A stretch of 64,000 bases of DNA from Strigamia acuminata (taxonomy: Eukaryota). Of the stretch, positions 11,896-25,900 are shown in pieces (position 1 is the first letter of the stretch; each line of letters begins with the position of its first letter). The stretch covers positions 12,834,001-12,898,000 of the forward strand of contig OX442314.1 in assembly GCA_949358305.1 (NCBI GenBank), given 5' to 3'. The position numbers and the translations under genes are program-made. The notes beneath the pieces were generated by a model that was given only the letters and a program-made list of their open reading frames with translations, searched no databases and had not been told where the DNA came from.

Positions 11896-14800
11896 CATTG
11901 TACAAGGCAACTAAAAAAAACCATACGACGGTTTTAGCCATATCCCTCAAATGTCTACACAATTCCCAAGTACCACAGCAATAATTCCATAACTTTTTGC
12001 AAGTAATTTATTGCAACTTTTTGAGAAAAGCAAAATTTGCCAAAGCAACCGATTGGTTGCACGAAAGAATTTGTTTATTCAAAAGAAAGAAAGAAAGAAA
12101 TTAACTTTTAAAAAATAATAAAATCGATTTATTTATTTCAAACTCAATGAAACAAAACTGTTTTAGTGCCATAGGCCGATTTTTTTTTTTAAAAAAAAAG
12201 TATGGTACTTAATTCAAAGGCCTGTGTCCATCCATTTTGATTTTTTTTTCTTTTATAATTTCCCAGCACAAATTTTTAACGATATTTCTTATTAATCTAA
12301 ACATTCCAAATGTATATACTGATGTATTTAATAAATGTCATTCATTTTATTTTACAACTGAAATAATTTAATTTTCAGTTCAGCTGGACGTCCATAGATG
12401 GCTCTAATAGTTTCATTATAGCTCACATGAAAGCGGATCCAATCCAACAGGCTGAAATCAACTTTGGAATCTTTTTGGCAGTGTGTGCAAATTGCGCCCT
12501 GCACAAAGGCGCTTGATTAAAAGAGCGCCATTTCCAGACAATAGTTAATTTTTATGCAATGTACGCGTGCAGCTTGCGGCGAATATTGACAGAGCGCTTC
12601 ACCGTCTTTCAGCAGTCTTTCCGCGCATGCGCTCGTGATAAAAGATCAAATTATGTTTTATGGAAGCGCTGAACTCTAACTTTGAACAAAGGCATCTCTC
12701 AACCCATGGGTGGCATTGACTTTTGCTAACAAATCAATGCAATTTAATTTGGTGTAGCTGTTAGGGTAACTTCGATTCCCAAAGCAAAAAAATAAAATTA
12801 AAAATGTTCCCCTTTGTTCGCCGCGCTGTCAAGGGGAAATTTAGTAGTCATTGAGGTGAGTCTACAAATCGTAACTGATGATGCAGTTTTTTCATTGGTC
12901 ACCAGGGATGCCAGGACGTGTGCCAGACGATAGTCCAGAAGATATTACCTTACCATGTATGAAACATGGCGCGACGCTTGCTATCTGCTGTGCAATCTGT
13001 AAAGCACAAGTGACATATGTATGTGCGAACCACAGTCTACTGTGGTGTGAACTGAACCTTGGACGAAGTTATCCCCATTCCCCATCCAGAGATTCAGTTA
13101 ATCCGATTAACCTTAGTGTTAATCTTAATCGAATTTGTTAGCAACCTATCTAAATCACTTTAAAATCACTTAAAATCACTTAAAAACGTGTATCGTACTT
13201 ACGATTTAGGAAGACCTTGCCACACTTAATATCATCGCTACAAAATTTGGGTCTTTTATGATTTTGTTTTCTAAAAAAAATAGGCCTTCCTTTCGAATCA
13301 AAATCCATTAAAACGGCGCTCCACCTTGGTCTTAAATTACCAATAGGTAGCAGCACAAGTTCAAAACATCAACTAAACTCAAATTAAATTAAATACCGAA
13401 CAAATCTGCATTCGGTTCCAATTTTAAAAATAAAATATGCAATATTTTGCCATGAACAGTATGCATAGTAATAATAAAGTCTTTAACTGAGTCAAATAGT
13501 TACAACTTTTAGCAATAGATGGCTTTAATAACGGATCTGTCGACCTGACTTTTCTCTAAGCCCTTACAGGCATTGAAAACTTCATGGAGAAACAGCAAAT
13601 TGCCACTAATATCAAATAAATGTTACGTTTCTCGCTTTTATACTGCAAAAAATAAAGGACATCGACGGAATGCCCTATTTAGGCACCTATAAAGTCCAAA
13701 TAAGCCCCATTTAGGGGAATGTTTCACAATTTTATGACTTTCGTATACACTTTTATTAGTGTCTACATTTTCCACACAAAAAATTTATTCTTTATTTATT
13801 TAGGGATCACTGACACTCCAGAATTTCGATTAACTAAAACGAAAAAAGTTCGAGCGCTTTTAAAGAGAGATTATTATTACACATTTCCTAGCGTATAATT
13901 ATTATCAACAACATTTCAGATGGCTTTGCTAATTCCCTGTTTGCTGTTTACTTAGTAAACAACAAAAGCGTAATTTATTTTAACTTTAGTGCTTAAACAC
14001 CCGTATAATTGGCATCATTTCATATACAACAGCAGTAGCCAACTAAAAAAAATAATAATGACCACTTTAAGCCATTGTGAGCAATGCTATGTTTATTCTA
14101 CCATCACTTAATTGAAGTTAATAAAAAAAAACTTACATCCATTAAGCGCCTTTCTTGCAGAATATGATTTTTGACGTGAAAAATTTCCCCTTGCAATTTT
14201 TTTTCCATTTTATCTCCAAAGTGACAGAAGACAGACAACTAAATTGTAGGTTAAAATATCCGCCCTGCAAAGGCATCTATGTCAAGAATCCATCACTACT
14301 CAGTTTAAACCGAACCACTCCTCGTGTTAGGCTGTATAAACCTCGATAACCAAGCTTTTACATCTCTATATGTCAAATGTAAAACACCTAAAGTGTTAGT
14401 CCGAGTCCAATAGAGGAATCAAAAACGTCTGATACGAATGGAGTTTGTTTACTAATGGCGTTTTGTTGAGTTGCTAGGCCAGGGATCGGCAAGTAATTTT
14501 AAGTGGCGTCCGGATACTATTGAAAATTTTTATCGAGGTCCAGAAAAAAAAAACTCATAATACTTACTAGTTTTAAATTTTTATTTTTTGACTCATTTAA
14601 GTAATTATATAAAACACAGTATGTAGAAATTACACCCTACACCTTTGACCAATATTCATATTTTAGAATATCGCCGATACCGATAATCGGCAACCGATGC
14701 TTGGAAACTAGCGAAGGATTTTGCTGCTTTGCCGTAATTCGAGCCCATTAAGCAATTGAATGGTATTAGAAAATGTAAAGTGGGGTGCAAAAGTCAATTG

Positions 14801-15859
14801 TCTTTACAATCATTACACGGTTTGTAATAACCAGTAATTTCAGGTAATTTCATCCTACATATTCCGTGACCAAGTGATTGAAGAACACTTTTCAATTTGA
14901 ATTCCTGTGGCCTTATTCGCAAAAGGTCAACACGAGACTGCACTCAACAACTTCATCTGCATAATTTTTCACAACCACATTTCCCATACTGGATCATCAT
15001 TGACATTCATGTACCTTAACCTAATACAGCACATCGTGGCGCAACATGCCCTTATCATCTCAAAAATCTAATCACACAGCACAACAACCTTCAAACTCTT
15101 ACGAGTTAAAAGCATTTAAATATACATTTAGCACAAGTAGCGGAGTTTTGATTTCAATAACAAAAAAGGTCAATGATACAGTTTCTACACGAATTAAGTA
15201 ATTAATTAATTAATTAGATGATTAATTAAGATCGAATAGAGACCTAAAAACATGTTTACAAGAAGAAAATCTAACCTGGCCTTCGCGCGTCAGCGGCTAC
15301 GAGGTGACATACTTCCAAAGGTGTGTACCTAACTCAAATTCGACATGTTGCTTTGCTCGGGGTGTGGTTAATGCGGAAGCAAATGGTAGCTTTTCTGCCT
15401 ACACATCTGAGCCTCGAACTACGGCTTTAATTTTTTAAATGAAAGTTGTCGTAAATCTTACGGGGTGAATTAGTCAGAGTTATTTGGCAACATTTTTCAG
15501 GGAATTAAGGTGGAAATACTTTCCAAAAATCACTTAAGCGTTTAAAATGCAAAAATTAGAACACAATTACTGTTCACGACTAAATAGTGGGTATAGTGGC
15601 CTCGACGATCAATTCTGAGTCGACCATAGCCAAGTTACCGCAGGTGAATGCTACTAAGAGACTTATATCAAGATACGACCTGAAATGTCTGACAATTTTA
15701 TCAGGCATTACTTGAATGGTATATTTAGTAATCCTAAGAAGAGAATTAAATCCAAGTAATTTATTTCCAATATTTTCTTCATTTTAGAGACTTTTTGAAC
15801 GCATTTTATGATTTTTACAATATGTACGGACCACAAATGTCCAAGTTTATTGCGTTTGG

Positions 15860-16094
15860 CAGTCCTGTACAAGTTTGTCCTGCCCTACATTGATGTACTG
15901 CAATGTCCTGCTTTTTGCACGTTGTCCTGCATTGTACTGCAATTTTGAAATACCAAAGTTTGAAGACTTTGGTCTTCTGTACATACAAATAACTATTTTT
16001 GTACTGCAGGTTCAGGTCAGGTTAGGTTTAGGTTAAAAGGTTAGATTAAAGATCAAGTGTCCTGCATTTTTATTTCTATCAACTGGTCACCCTA
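15860..16094 (-). mobile_element. hAT (Blackjack-like) terminal fragment
   Basis: Ends in ACTGGTCACCCTA (reverse complement TAGGGTGACCAGT), preceded by multiple TGTCCTG/TGTACTG subterminal repeats. Confidence 0.5.
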
Positions 16095-19000
16095 ACCACA
16101 ATTCAAACACAGATTAGAATATTATTTGTAATGCTTTACTCAGCTTATCAGAAAGTATCTCTATATAAATATCGAATTAACCAGGATAAATATTCTTGAC
16201 ATCCTTACACCAATTTCACTTTGCTTTACAAATCCGGATTACCAATCTGTTTGTACAAATATTTCATGGTTATTGATTGAATCGATTCGCCCTTCAACTA
16301 AGTAAATAAATATATCATTGGTTATTTATTGGTTGGTAAGGATACCCAAGTGAATTGTCTAATAGGCTACTAGGAAAAAAATGACAGCTCTTGATGAACC
16401 GCTTTCTTTTAATAATAGAGTGTAGTACAAATTCCCCTAGTATGTACTATCTTGTTTATTTTTTTCAACAAATGTTCCCCCTTTTTTCTTTACAAAAAAA
16501 AACGCATTATTGCAATTATTTTTTATTTTAAATTTATAATAATCGCATGACTTGACACTAATTTTCAAAATAACACTTCATTTTTATGGGTACTTTTGTG
16601 AATTACACTCTCCTGGCACACCTTCTGGTTGGTGACCTACTTTTTGAGATGGAAACAACACCCCATGGTCTGAAAGCCTTACAAAAACCCCAACGTAAGT
16701 AACAATAAAGCAGAAAAAAAACCAAAAGTGAATAGAAAAGAAGGTATGTATTAAATCCAAATTGGAAAAAAAAAACTGGGACTCGAATTTACAAAGCCAC
16801 ATAATACACAAGAAATAATATATAAAAAGAAAGAAATGTCTTGTTGTATCTTGAGAATTGTACACAAAGATAAATGTCATTACAAAGAAAGGGAAAATGG
16901 AAAAGAAGTGGGTTAAAGAGCTTAATGTCAGATATGATTATTTTATGCAGGTTTTTTGTTTTGTTTTGGGTTTATAAACTGTAATCCTGTCAAAAACATA
17001 TATAGAATATTTTGGTTTCATAAATTCCACTTGTATTAACTGATGTGCAAAAAATTATGGAAATTTTTCACAGTTAACAAGATCTTAAGAAGGAAAAAAT
17101 CCATATCGTCGTGCCGTAAGAGGGGAACTGGAAACCACAAAGCAATTTCTCTTTTTGCGGAGTAAAAAAAAGAGTCGTTTTTTGGCAATGATTAAACCGC
17201 GTGTTTTTTAAAGTAGAACTAAAAAAAGAGAGAAAAAGTGTAACAGTAAGATTGGGGAAATTACATTATCACTATTATGGGAAACCATAATTTCATATAC
17301 AAATGATACTTGTTGTGCCTTATCTCTTGGCTGCACCCATTAAGAAATTAATGATTTGCTGTCAACGCAGGTCACGAGTAAAAAATGAACTTTTTTGGAC
17401 GAAAAAAATTAAGGACACAATTCGAAATTGAATTTTCAAAAAAATAAAAGTTGGGGTCTTGGGGAGGGGGAGAAAAAATTTAAAAAGATTGTAATTTACA
17501 AAATCTGCATCTTTTTTCAAATGTTTAAACTCAATGCATTTTTATTAAGGAAATGGAATTTTTAAATTTTTGTCAATTAAATTTTTTAATTTAAATAGAA
17601 AAAAAAAATAATTTTATGTGTGTGGATTTAATTTTTGAAAAAATATATACAATTTTGAGTTGATTCTCGGGGAATACAACTCAATTATACAATGGAAATG
17701 CTCAAAGGATAGCTGGAAGACAAAGGAGGTTAAATGAGTTTTTGTCTCTAATTACAGTTTTCAGAAACTTCCTTTGTAAAAATAAGGAAAAAAGTGAAAA
17801 GTAAGACAAAACTTTCTGCAGGCTATTTTTTTTTGAAGGAAAAATTTAAGAAAAAAAAAAGTGAAACAATTAAACGAAATGATCCACATTGCGTGACATT
17901 CCGCTACACTTATTTCCAACACGAATATAGAATATAAATGCTATTACAATTAGAAATAAAACCAGTGTAAACAAGATTAACATTTCTACGCTCAATAGTC
18001 AAAACAAATTAATGAATATGCAACGCCCATAACCCATAATAATAATCAAAAGCGATTTAGTACAAATTTCAATCCAGATCTGAGAAATGCAAGTAAGCAG
18101 CAGGAGTCAGGTCACCTACTTAGAATATACAATACAAAATCCACTACCATATGTAAACAAATAGCTTCTACTTAACATTTAACGCATGTAGCAGAAAATA
18201 ATTAAATGACACAAAAAAATTTAAAAATTAAAATAAAAAAATGGCGAAAAAAAATTTCTTTCTTCGAGTCATAACTCCAAGTGTCATCCAAAGAAGTCTT
18301 GCATGAAAAATAATTGTATGACATCATAAAACACGTGTATTTTACTACTTATCCTTAAGTAGATCATTCATTATTATTTATTAACCTAGTGGAACTGAAA
18401 TGCACTGCTGTTACATGGCTGTATAACCCTCGTTTTGATCAGAACAAAACACGTGCCACTGAACTTGGAATTGCAAGAGTTGGGTGGAGTTGCTAAAGCA
18501 TTCCACGATACTTTCTCCTGCAGACCTTGCATCAGGATGTATTGTACATCCTGCAAGTGTGGTCATAAAAAATAATAATTTATTATTATTTTTTTTTTTT
18601 TAAAAGAAATATTTTTTTTTTTTGAATAAATTTGTACGAAAGGAAACTTATTCAAAAACATGATGATCCGTTGCATGAAACATAAATTCGTGCCTGCATG
18701 TGAACGTAAAAAAATCAACGATGCTTGAATCGTGAGACTTCGTGTAGGACAAAAACTGGTTTCTAAGAAAAGTATATCACTTGAGAAAAATAAAAATAAA
18801 AATAAAATTTTTCTCGTATTAATAAACATTTTTCCCAAGTAATTTCATTATTTTTATTCATTTTTGTTGTAGTTTTTCTTATCTCGGGTGCAAATTGTTA
18901 AATTTCTAATTATACCGCAGATAAAATCCATTTACGATCGGATATCATAAAGAAATCGTAAAAAAACTACTTACGATTTAAGTACAATGCTTTAAAAATA

Positions 19001-19802
19001 TAAAAATTAAAAAAAAAAATTTTCCCCCAATTTATATTTATCACAGCCTCAAAAATAAAATAAAAAACAAAAACAAAAAAATAAAAAAAAGTCACAGTTT
19101 ACTTCCTTAAGCAGTAGCAACCTTAGGTCACAGTCATATTTCTGATTTTCAACAACATTTCATACACAAAACACAAATAAATTTCTCAAAAATTTTTTAA
19201 AACCATTGTTGCAAACCATTAATCCACTTAGAAATGCAACCAATCGTCATTATATAAATTTATTGAGTTGCCGTTTGGAAAAATAAAAACATTAATCCGT
19301 AATTAGTATCAAAATGGGTTGACTATAATGAAGTTACATAATATTTTTTTTTTATATTTATAAATAAATCTCCCTTAAAACCTGATTCCCATTAGTCTTT
19401 TCCGCTGAGGATGTTGCCACGAGGCACACAACAATCTAAATCCACACTTCGTATTATGTCACCTCGAATTAATAAATTTACAAACAGATAAAAAAATAAA
19501 AATTATCGACGAATACTCTACAAATTAGGATGAATAACTGAAACGAGAAATCGTGCTGATAAATAATTGCAATTCCACTGACCTATTGATGGAAGGGGAA
19601 ACCACACACCAAATTACAACTCTCGACATAGGATGGACCATCAACAGAAAATATAAAAAGATTATTTTTTTCCTGATAACGATTTTTGAAAGTAAAAAAA
19701 AAAAAAATTAATAATTATAAAAAAAAAAAAAAAATTTCAACCCCCATTGCCAAGTGGCAGTGAGTAGAAAATCTCTCCATGTCCGAGATTCAGGGCACAG
19801 AC

Positions 19803-19910
19803 AGCCAATGGGCGAGTAGAGTTTGAGGACTCACGCGTTGGCATGAATATGCATTTCTCCACCAAAAGTGGACCATATAAAACGACGGAATCTCAGACCA
19901 CAAACATTGA
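19803..19910 (+). promoter_or_regulatory. Core promoter of peroxidase gene 2 (CCAAT and TATA)
   Basis: AGCCAATG at ~19803 and TATAAAA at 19876-19882, about 90 bp upstream of a GTAAGT donor at 19971. Confidence 0.55.
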
Positions 19911-19968
19911 TGCTAGTGAAAAGACCCAATCCTGATCGGGCAATTTCATCACGGATATCCATTACAAG

Positions 19969-22900
19969 ATGTAAGTGTTACAACTTCACTTTAATACTAA
20001 CTAAACATTTCCTTATTTACAATATTTATTTATTTTAAAAAAAAAAAACAACAAATTTCAATTTAATTTTATCATAATTTCAATCAAGTTATATAAATAT
20101 TTTTTTTTATTTATTTAAATTTTATAATTCAGTGAACTCTCTTAAAAATTCAAAAATTATTATTTTTTTATGGATATTTTATATTAATTATCAGGTATAT
20201 AGAACGCAAAGGTGTTATGGGCAATAAGCATGAGATGGCGAAGCTAATCTCCCCAAGAACAATAGCCCAAATGTATTGTGTGTAAAACATGATGTTCATA
20301 CTTTTTTCATAGTTGAAAGAATCTAAAAATTTTCTTTTTATTTCGCTTTTATTTATTTTTTTTTTTTAAAAATTCTTTCTTGCAAGCAAACAATCAGATT
20401 TGAAACTGAAAAGTTCATTCCTCCGTTTTCTTCAGTTGGCTACCCTGCAATGCGTGCAAGAAAAGCACAATTTTTCCCCACCAAAATTAAACAAGTGTGA
20501 AAAAAAATATGAAAAATTAATTCCAGCAGAGAAAAATCCCAAGCTATTAAACTTGCTGCAATAAATTCTCGGCTTAGTAGGTTAATCAAACCCAAAAAAT
20601 TACCAAACTCAGCGATAACCATCAAAGGGTTAACGCATCATTAGAGGCCGCTGACTGTTAAGGGCAAGTGCTTCTCTTAATCGAAAAATCTTCATCATGA
20701 CTTGTAGAATTTTCCGATTCTACATGTCTTTGATTCTTTTACTGTCATGTTTATACTTTTCATTACTTAACTGACCTACTGCCTTCCCTTAAACTTATTG
20801 CTGAGCTGCACTTTGAGCACATATCGCCCGCGGTTGTGCAGGTATCTTGACCATATAACTCCACCCTTGACAGAATCCGGAAATCACTTTCTCCGAACAG
20901 CCCGCACAAGTGCTACTTTCACTTTTATATATAGGAAGTTATGCTAATAGAAATAATATCACGTATCAAAAGCAAAATTATTTTTTTTTTATTTAAAAAA
21001 AAAAAAAATATACATATTTTCCATGACCTTAAATTTATTTAATAAATTTAATAACTAAGCCAGCTTTAATTATGTTAAATGTTAGGAAATAAATTTAAGT
21101 AAAATTACATAAACATGTCAAGAAAGGTGCAGTTAACGCTAGACAATTAGTAGCTTATGAAAGAATTCACTGTGCAATTACATACGAAACAAAATGTTTA
21201 AATAGTTTTAATGTTTTTCAATATCGTTGCTGTGGTTACGACGGTAAACTCTACGTTAAAGCAGAAGAACATTCCGAAACTGCACGTTTCGCTTCGTTCG
21301 ATTCATTGAAAAGAAAGTCGCTTTTTTTCTTCTTTCTTTTCTTTATTTGGCACAAAAGGGGGGAAAACCTAAATGCCAGTGAAAATAAGATCAAATACAC
21401 GTGACAGGGGTGTGGTCAGATGACCGGGTTGAGACGCTAGTTTGCTAAGCACGACTCACCATCCGACCACACCCTGACACCGTCTCACGTCGGTTCTTAA
21501 AAGCTCGCTCGTTCATTGATAGGAGTAAATAAATCGCTTTCTAATGTAAATAAAGCAAGTTAACGTGGTCTAGTTGTAATTTAGTCCACTATCGATACAT
21601 TTTTTTAATGTTCTCGTTTATTTTTGGAGTTAATTATGATTTCCTAACAAGATAATTGCGATGTCTTATTTTTGTCTGTATTTCAGGTTATTCCAGTATA
21701 GTTTGGCAACGCTCTTCACTCTCGTTGTTTTAGTAAATCTTATTTATGCAGATCAAGTGCAAGACAAGAAAACAAATGGTATTATAAATTTTTCATACTT
21801 TAATAAATCCTAAAACAAGTAGCGCCTTGAGAGAACAGTATATCGATTAAACTGTTTCAAACGGTGAGGTTTGTTGCTCGAATAAAACCTGAATATGTAA
21901 ATTCAGTTGGAATAATTTACTTTTTAAAATTTTTTTTTTTTAAAAAATAAGAAATAATTAATTTTTTTTGAACTACGATTTTCCTCAAAAAAATTTTTTT
22001 TTTCATTTTGAATTAAAAAAAAAAAAAAAGATAAAAGAGTTAATTCAGCGACCCACTTTTATAACTCATCATTTTTATTTTTTTATCCAGCTCCAAATGT
22101 GTGAGAAAAAAATGTCTTATCTGCATTTAAATGATTATAATGTTTGATTTTCTAACGTTCATCGCAGAGATCGTGTCCTAAATATTTTTCTCTGGTATTC
22201 AACGGCTTATTAGTATTTTTTTTTTTTTGAAAAAAATTTTCCCCATAAACTGAATTTATTGATGCTATAACCCTTAATTAATTTTTTAAACCGCAATTTT
22301 TAACACACCAGAAAAAAAGTAACCCCAATCAAAAAATATCAGCTCCAAACATAAATTCAATTCATTCAAAAACTGCCCAAGAAAAGGCGCTGGCAATACT
22401 ACTTTGCATTGCAGATAAAACAGCTTATACGTTGAAGAGGCTCGCCCGTCACGTGCCAAGCTGCAACGAACAAAAATACCGAACGATCGATGGCACGTGC
22501 AACAATCCCTACAACCCTTTATGGGGCCGTTCGCTAACCCCATACGCTCGATTCCTACCCCCCGATTATGCTGACGGTAAGACCTTGTTGTTATTTCATA
22601 AGCGACACCAGAAATAAATAAATTTACACCAACATGCCCATCCAAGTGGACATAAGTTGCCAACTCGAATTCTCATTTTCTTCTACACACAAAACAAACA
22701 AATACATTCAGGGCCCCAAGGCCCACAAAATGTACTGTAACAGTAATAAATATTAGAGTTTGCGGCAGGTACTTTTCCCTTATAAAAACTCCCGTTAAGC
22801 CTATAAGTATAGTGGAAAACTTATAACTCTACCGGAGCTTACACTATAACTGAAAATAGCGTAGCCAATCCGGAGTTTTCCGCTATTTACGTCACTAACT

Positions 22901-25900
22901 AAAAATCTGGATTAGCATTGACCTGTTTCGCTGGTTTATCTAATTGTTTGTGCTTTAAATTCTTGTAAATTCACAGTAATAAAGTTGCAGCATTGTATTG
23001 CAATAGTTAAAAACAGAAATTCTCTCTTTTTATGCGAATTAGACATTACTAGTTTCGGTAATCACGTGACATGTATAAGGTTAAATCCAATTTTATAACG
23101 ATATCATAAAACTTCAACCGCAACCCACTTTTACCTTACACTAAAAATAGCGTAAAAAATGTCATAATTGTAAGGGAAAAGTACCTGCCGCAAACTCTCT
23201 AATAATCCACTTCAAGCTTTTGTTTCTAACTCATCTCAACAACCCCTGGACTTTGGGGGACCCCTTGGGCCCTGAGTATCTGTAACTTTGGAACAAAGAG
23301 AGATGAATAAAAGTACACAAAAGGAGCGCTTTATTAGCTCCTAATCTCTTCTCCCAGATGTGGAGAACACTGTAAATAGAAAGATATTGTAACATTTCAA
23401 TACCCAGATTGACTACTGCAGGTTATATGTCAATAGATAAGGTTGGCACCACTCGCACCTGGTATTATTCATCCTGAGCAGATGATTTCCTAATTCCAGG
23501 CATTATTTACCAGTATTGAGCCTAATATTGCTAAATAAACAACAAACTCATTAACAAAAGTAATTTACAGCGTGGTGTCGTTATTTTGTTGCTTTATTTC
23601 CTTCGTGTGCATCTGTGCAACAAGCTTGACAATCGCCACGCATGCGCAGTTTGAATTTGGCAACGAGATACCGAACTCTAGGCACAGTGCCATACACGAC
23701 CGAAAATGAGAATTAAAATGTCAATAGATGCCAATTCTGGAAGAAACTTATCTTCCTTAAGTGCCTTTTAGACGGCAAAGTGACATAAGAAGAAAAAAAG
23801 TAACTTCTCCCTTGAATGCAACTAATAATGTACACGCTTAATTTTGTCATGCATAAATGGTGTCATCATATTTCAATCTGTGATGATATCATTTCCTTGA
23901 CATTATTTCTCTTTCCATTAAATATCGTTCCATCTACTTGTGTGCGAAAATTTATTTACTTCTGATTACGCATTTTTTTTACGCCATCGTCTTAATTCAC
24001 TTGTACATTAAAGGCAAGGGTTCTCCAAGATGCAGAAAAGATGGCACCGGCCTTCCGAATCCTCGCTACATCAGTATTTCTCTCGCTCACGACATTCCAT
24101 TGGAAAGCGAACATTTATCGCACATGTTTATGATGTGGGGTCAATTTATGAATCATGAAATTACAAATAAACCCGAAGCCAAAAGTAAATTTTTAATTGA
24201 CGGAGGGGAAAAAGAATGTTAATATTTTTCGTTTTTTGATAGTTAAGGGTGGAAGAGGAGACGAAATGAAGTGTTGTGACCGAAATGGTGCTTGGGGGCA
24301 CCCAGACTGCTATCCAATCATGTTGGCACCTGAAGATCCGTATTACGGTCAGCAAAGGGTATCGTGCATGGAGTTTACGCGGTCAAACTCGTATAGAGGA
24401 TCGGACTTTCCAGTCGGTGTGTACACAAAACCCGAAATTGATGTTTGGTTTGTATAATTATTTTGTTTTATCAGATTACCGCGAGCAGTACAACAACAAT
24501 ACTCATTTTATTGATGGGTCTAATGTTTATGGATCTTACGATGAAGATGCGTTCAAGTTAAGAGAACATCGCGGAGGTATGTAAAGGGAAAGCAAAATTG
24601 GACACAAAAATTAAAACATTTACTTTAAGGTCGTCTGCTAATCACTCCGTACCGACACAGTAAAGATTTACTACCCCAAGGTGGCAAAAGTTGCGGCAAA
24701 GACAAATGTTTTGCAGCAGGTTAGTTTAAAGTAACCCATATGGTTCAAAAATACATTGAAATTATAACGCAACGTATGCATTATTTAATGTACAAATAAT
24801 ATACTCAGTTCCACGAAATGCTGCACATTTCGGAATGCATTAAGTGAACAGCGTTATATTTAAAAAAATATTTTTGAACCATGTGGGAATTTTAATTACC
24901 AAAAATTATTATAAAATCGATTGGAATTTCACAGGTGACTTCAGAGCAAACATGTTTCCCGCTCTAACATCTCTTCACACTTTATGGGTCCGTGAGCACA
25001 ATCGGATTGCAAACGAATTATCTCACATGCATTCTTATTGGGATGACGAAACAATATACCAAGTATGTAAAAACACTCATCAAACAAAAAACATTAATCC
25101 TCTTGTATATTTTTCTATTCTCTTTATAGGAAACGAGAAAAATCGTTGGAGCTGAAATTCAACACATAACATACAATGAATATTTGCCTTTAGTGCTGGG
25201 CCCTGAAAATGCCAAAACATGGGGCTTATCATTGAAAAGAGACGGCTTTTTTGATGGATACGACCCACATATCAATCCAGCTATTGACAATGGGTTTGCC
25301 GCAGCTGCTTATCGTTTTGGACACAGTCTAGTGCAATGGGGATTCAAAAGGTTACAATTTACATTATTTTATGCACACTACTACTACGTTTGCATGCACC
25401 GAATATTTCGAGATCAAATTGTTGTGTTTACAATTTACATGCAGAAAATAATTCGTGGTCACTTTCGGTTTTCGACCAATGGGGAAGTGCCGAAGCGATG
25501 CGCGCATGCGCAATAAAAATAGTTCGAATTCACTCGAATTAAACAACCTTCTGCGAGGGATTATTCACTACTCGAATAATCCTTGTCATCCCTGTTTACG
25601 TGACAGTTGTGCACACGGAATATTACATCTCACTCGAAACATTCCGTGCATGTAAACGAACAAGTATCCCACAATTTCATACTAAAATCCCTTAAAACAA
25701 ACCCGAATTCCATTAAATTCTTAAAATATAACTGCAAACAACCTCTACACTGTCTTTAAAATGAATACAGTAGTTCAGTCACGTCGCCTATGCACTCGTT
25801 TGATTGAAATAGTGCCGTGCTAGAAATACTCTCAGCAATAAAAAAAAGCCATTAAATTTACTCTAATTAATTCCAAAGTTAGATAAAATGCTACACATTG

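Noticed and set aside
11893..11937. Stop-codon readthrough of gene 1 (TAG-C, then 13 open codons)
   Set aside because: The extension is short and there is no conservation evidence.
18390..18563. GC-richer island in the gene 1-2 spacer with open minus-strand frames
   Set aside because: No recognisable protein similarity or convincing splice sites.
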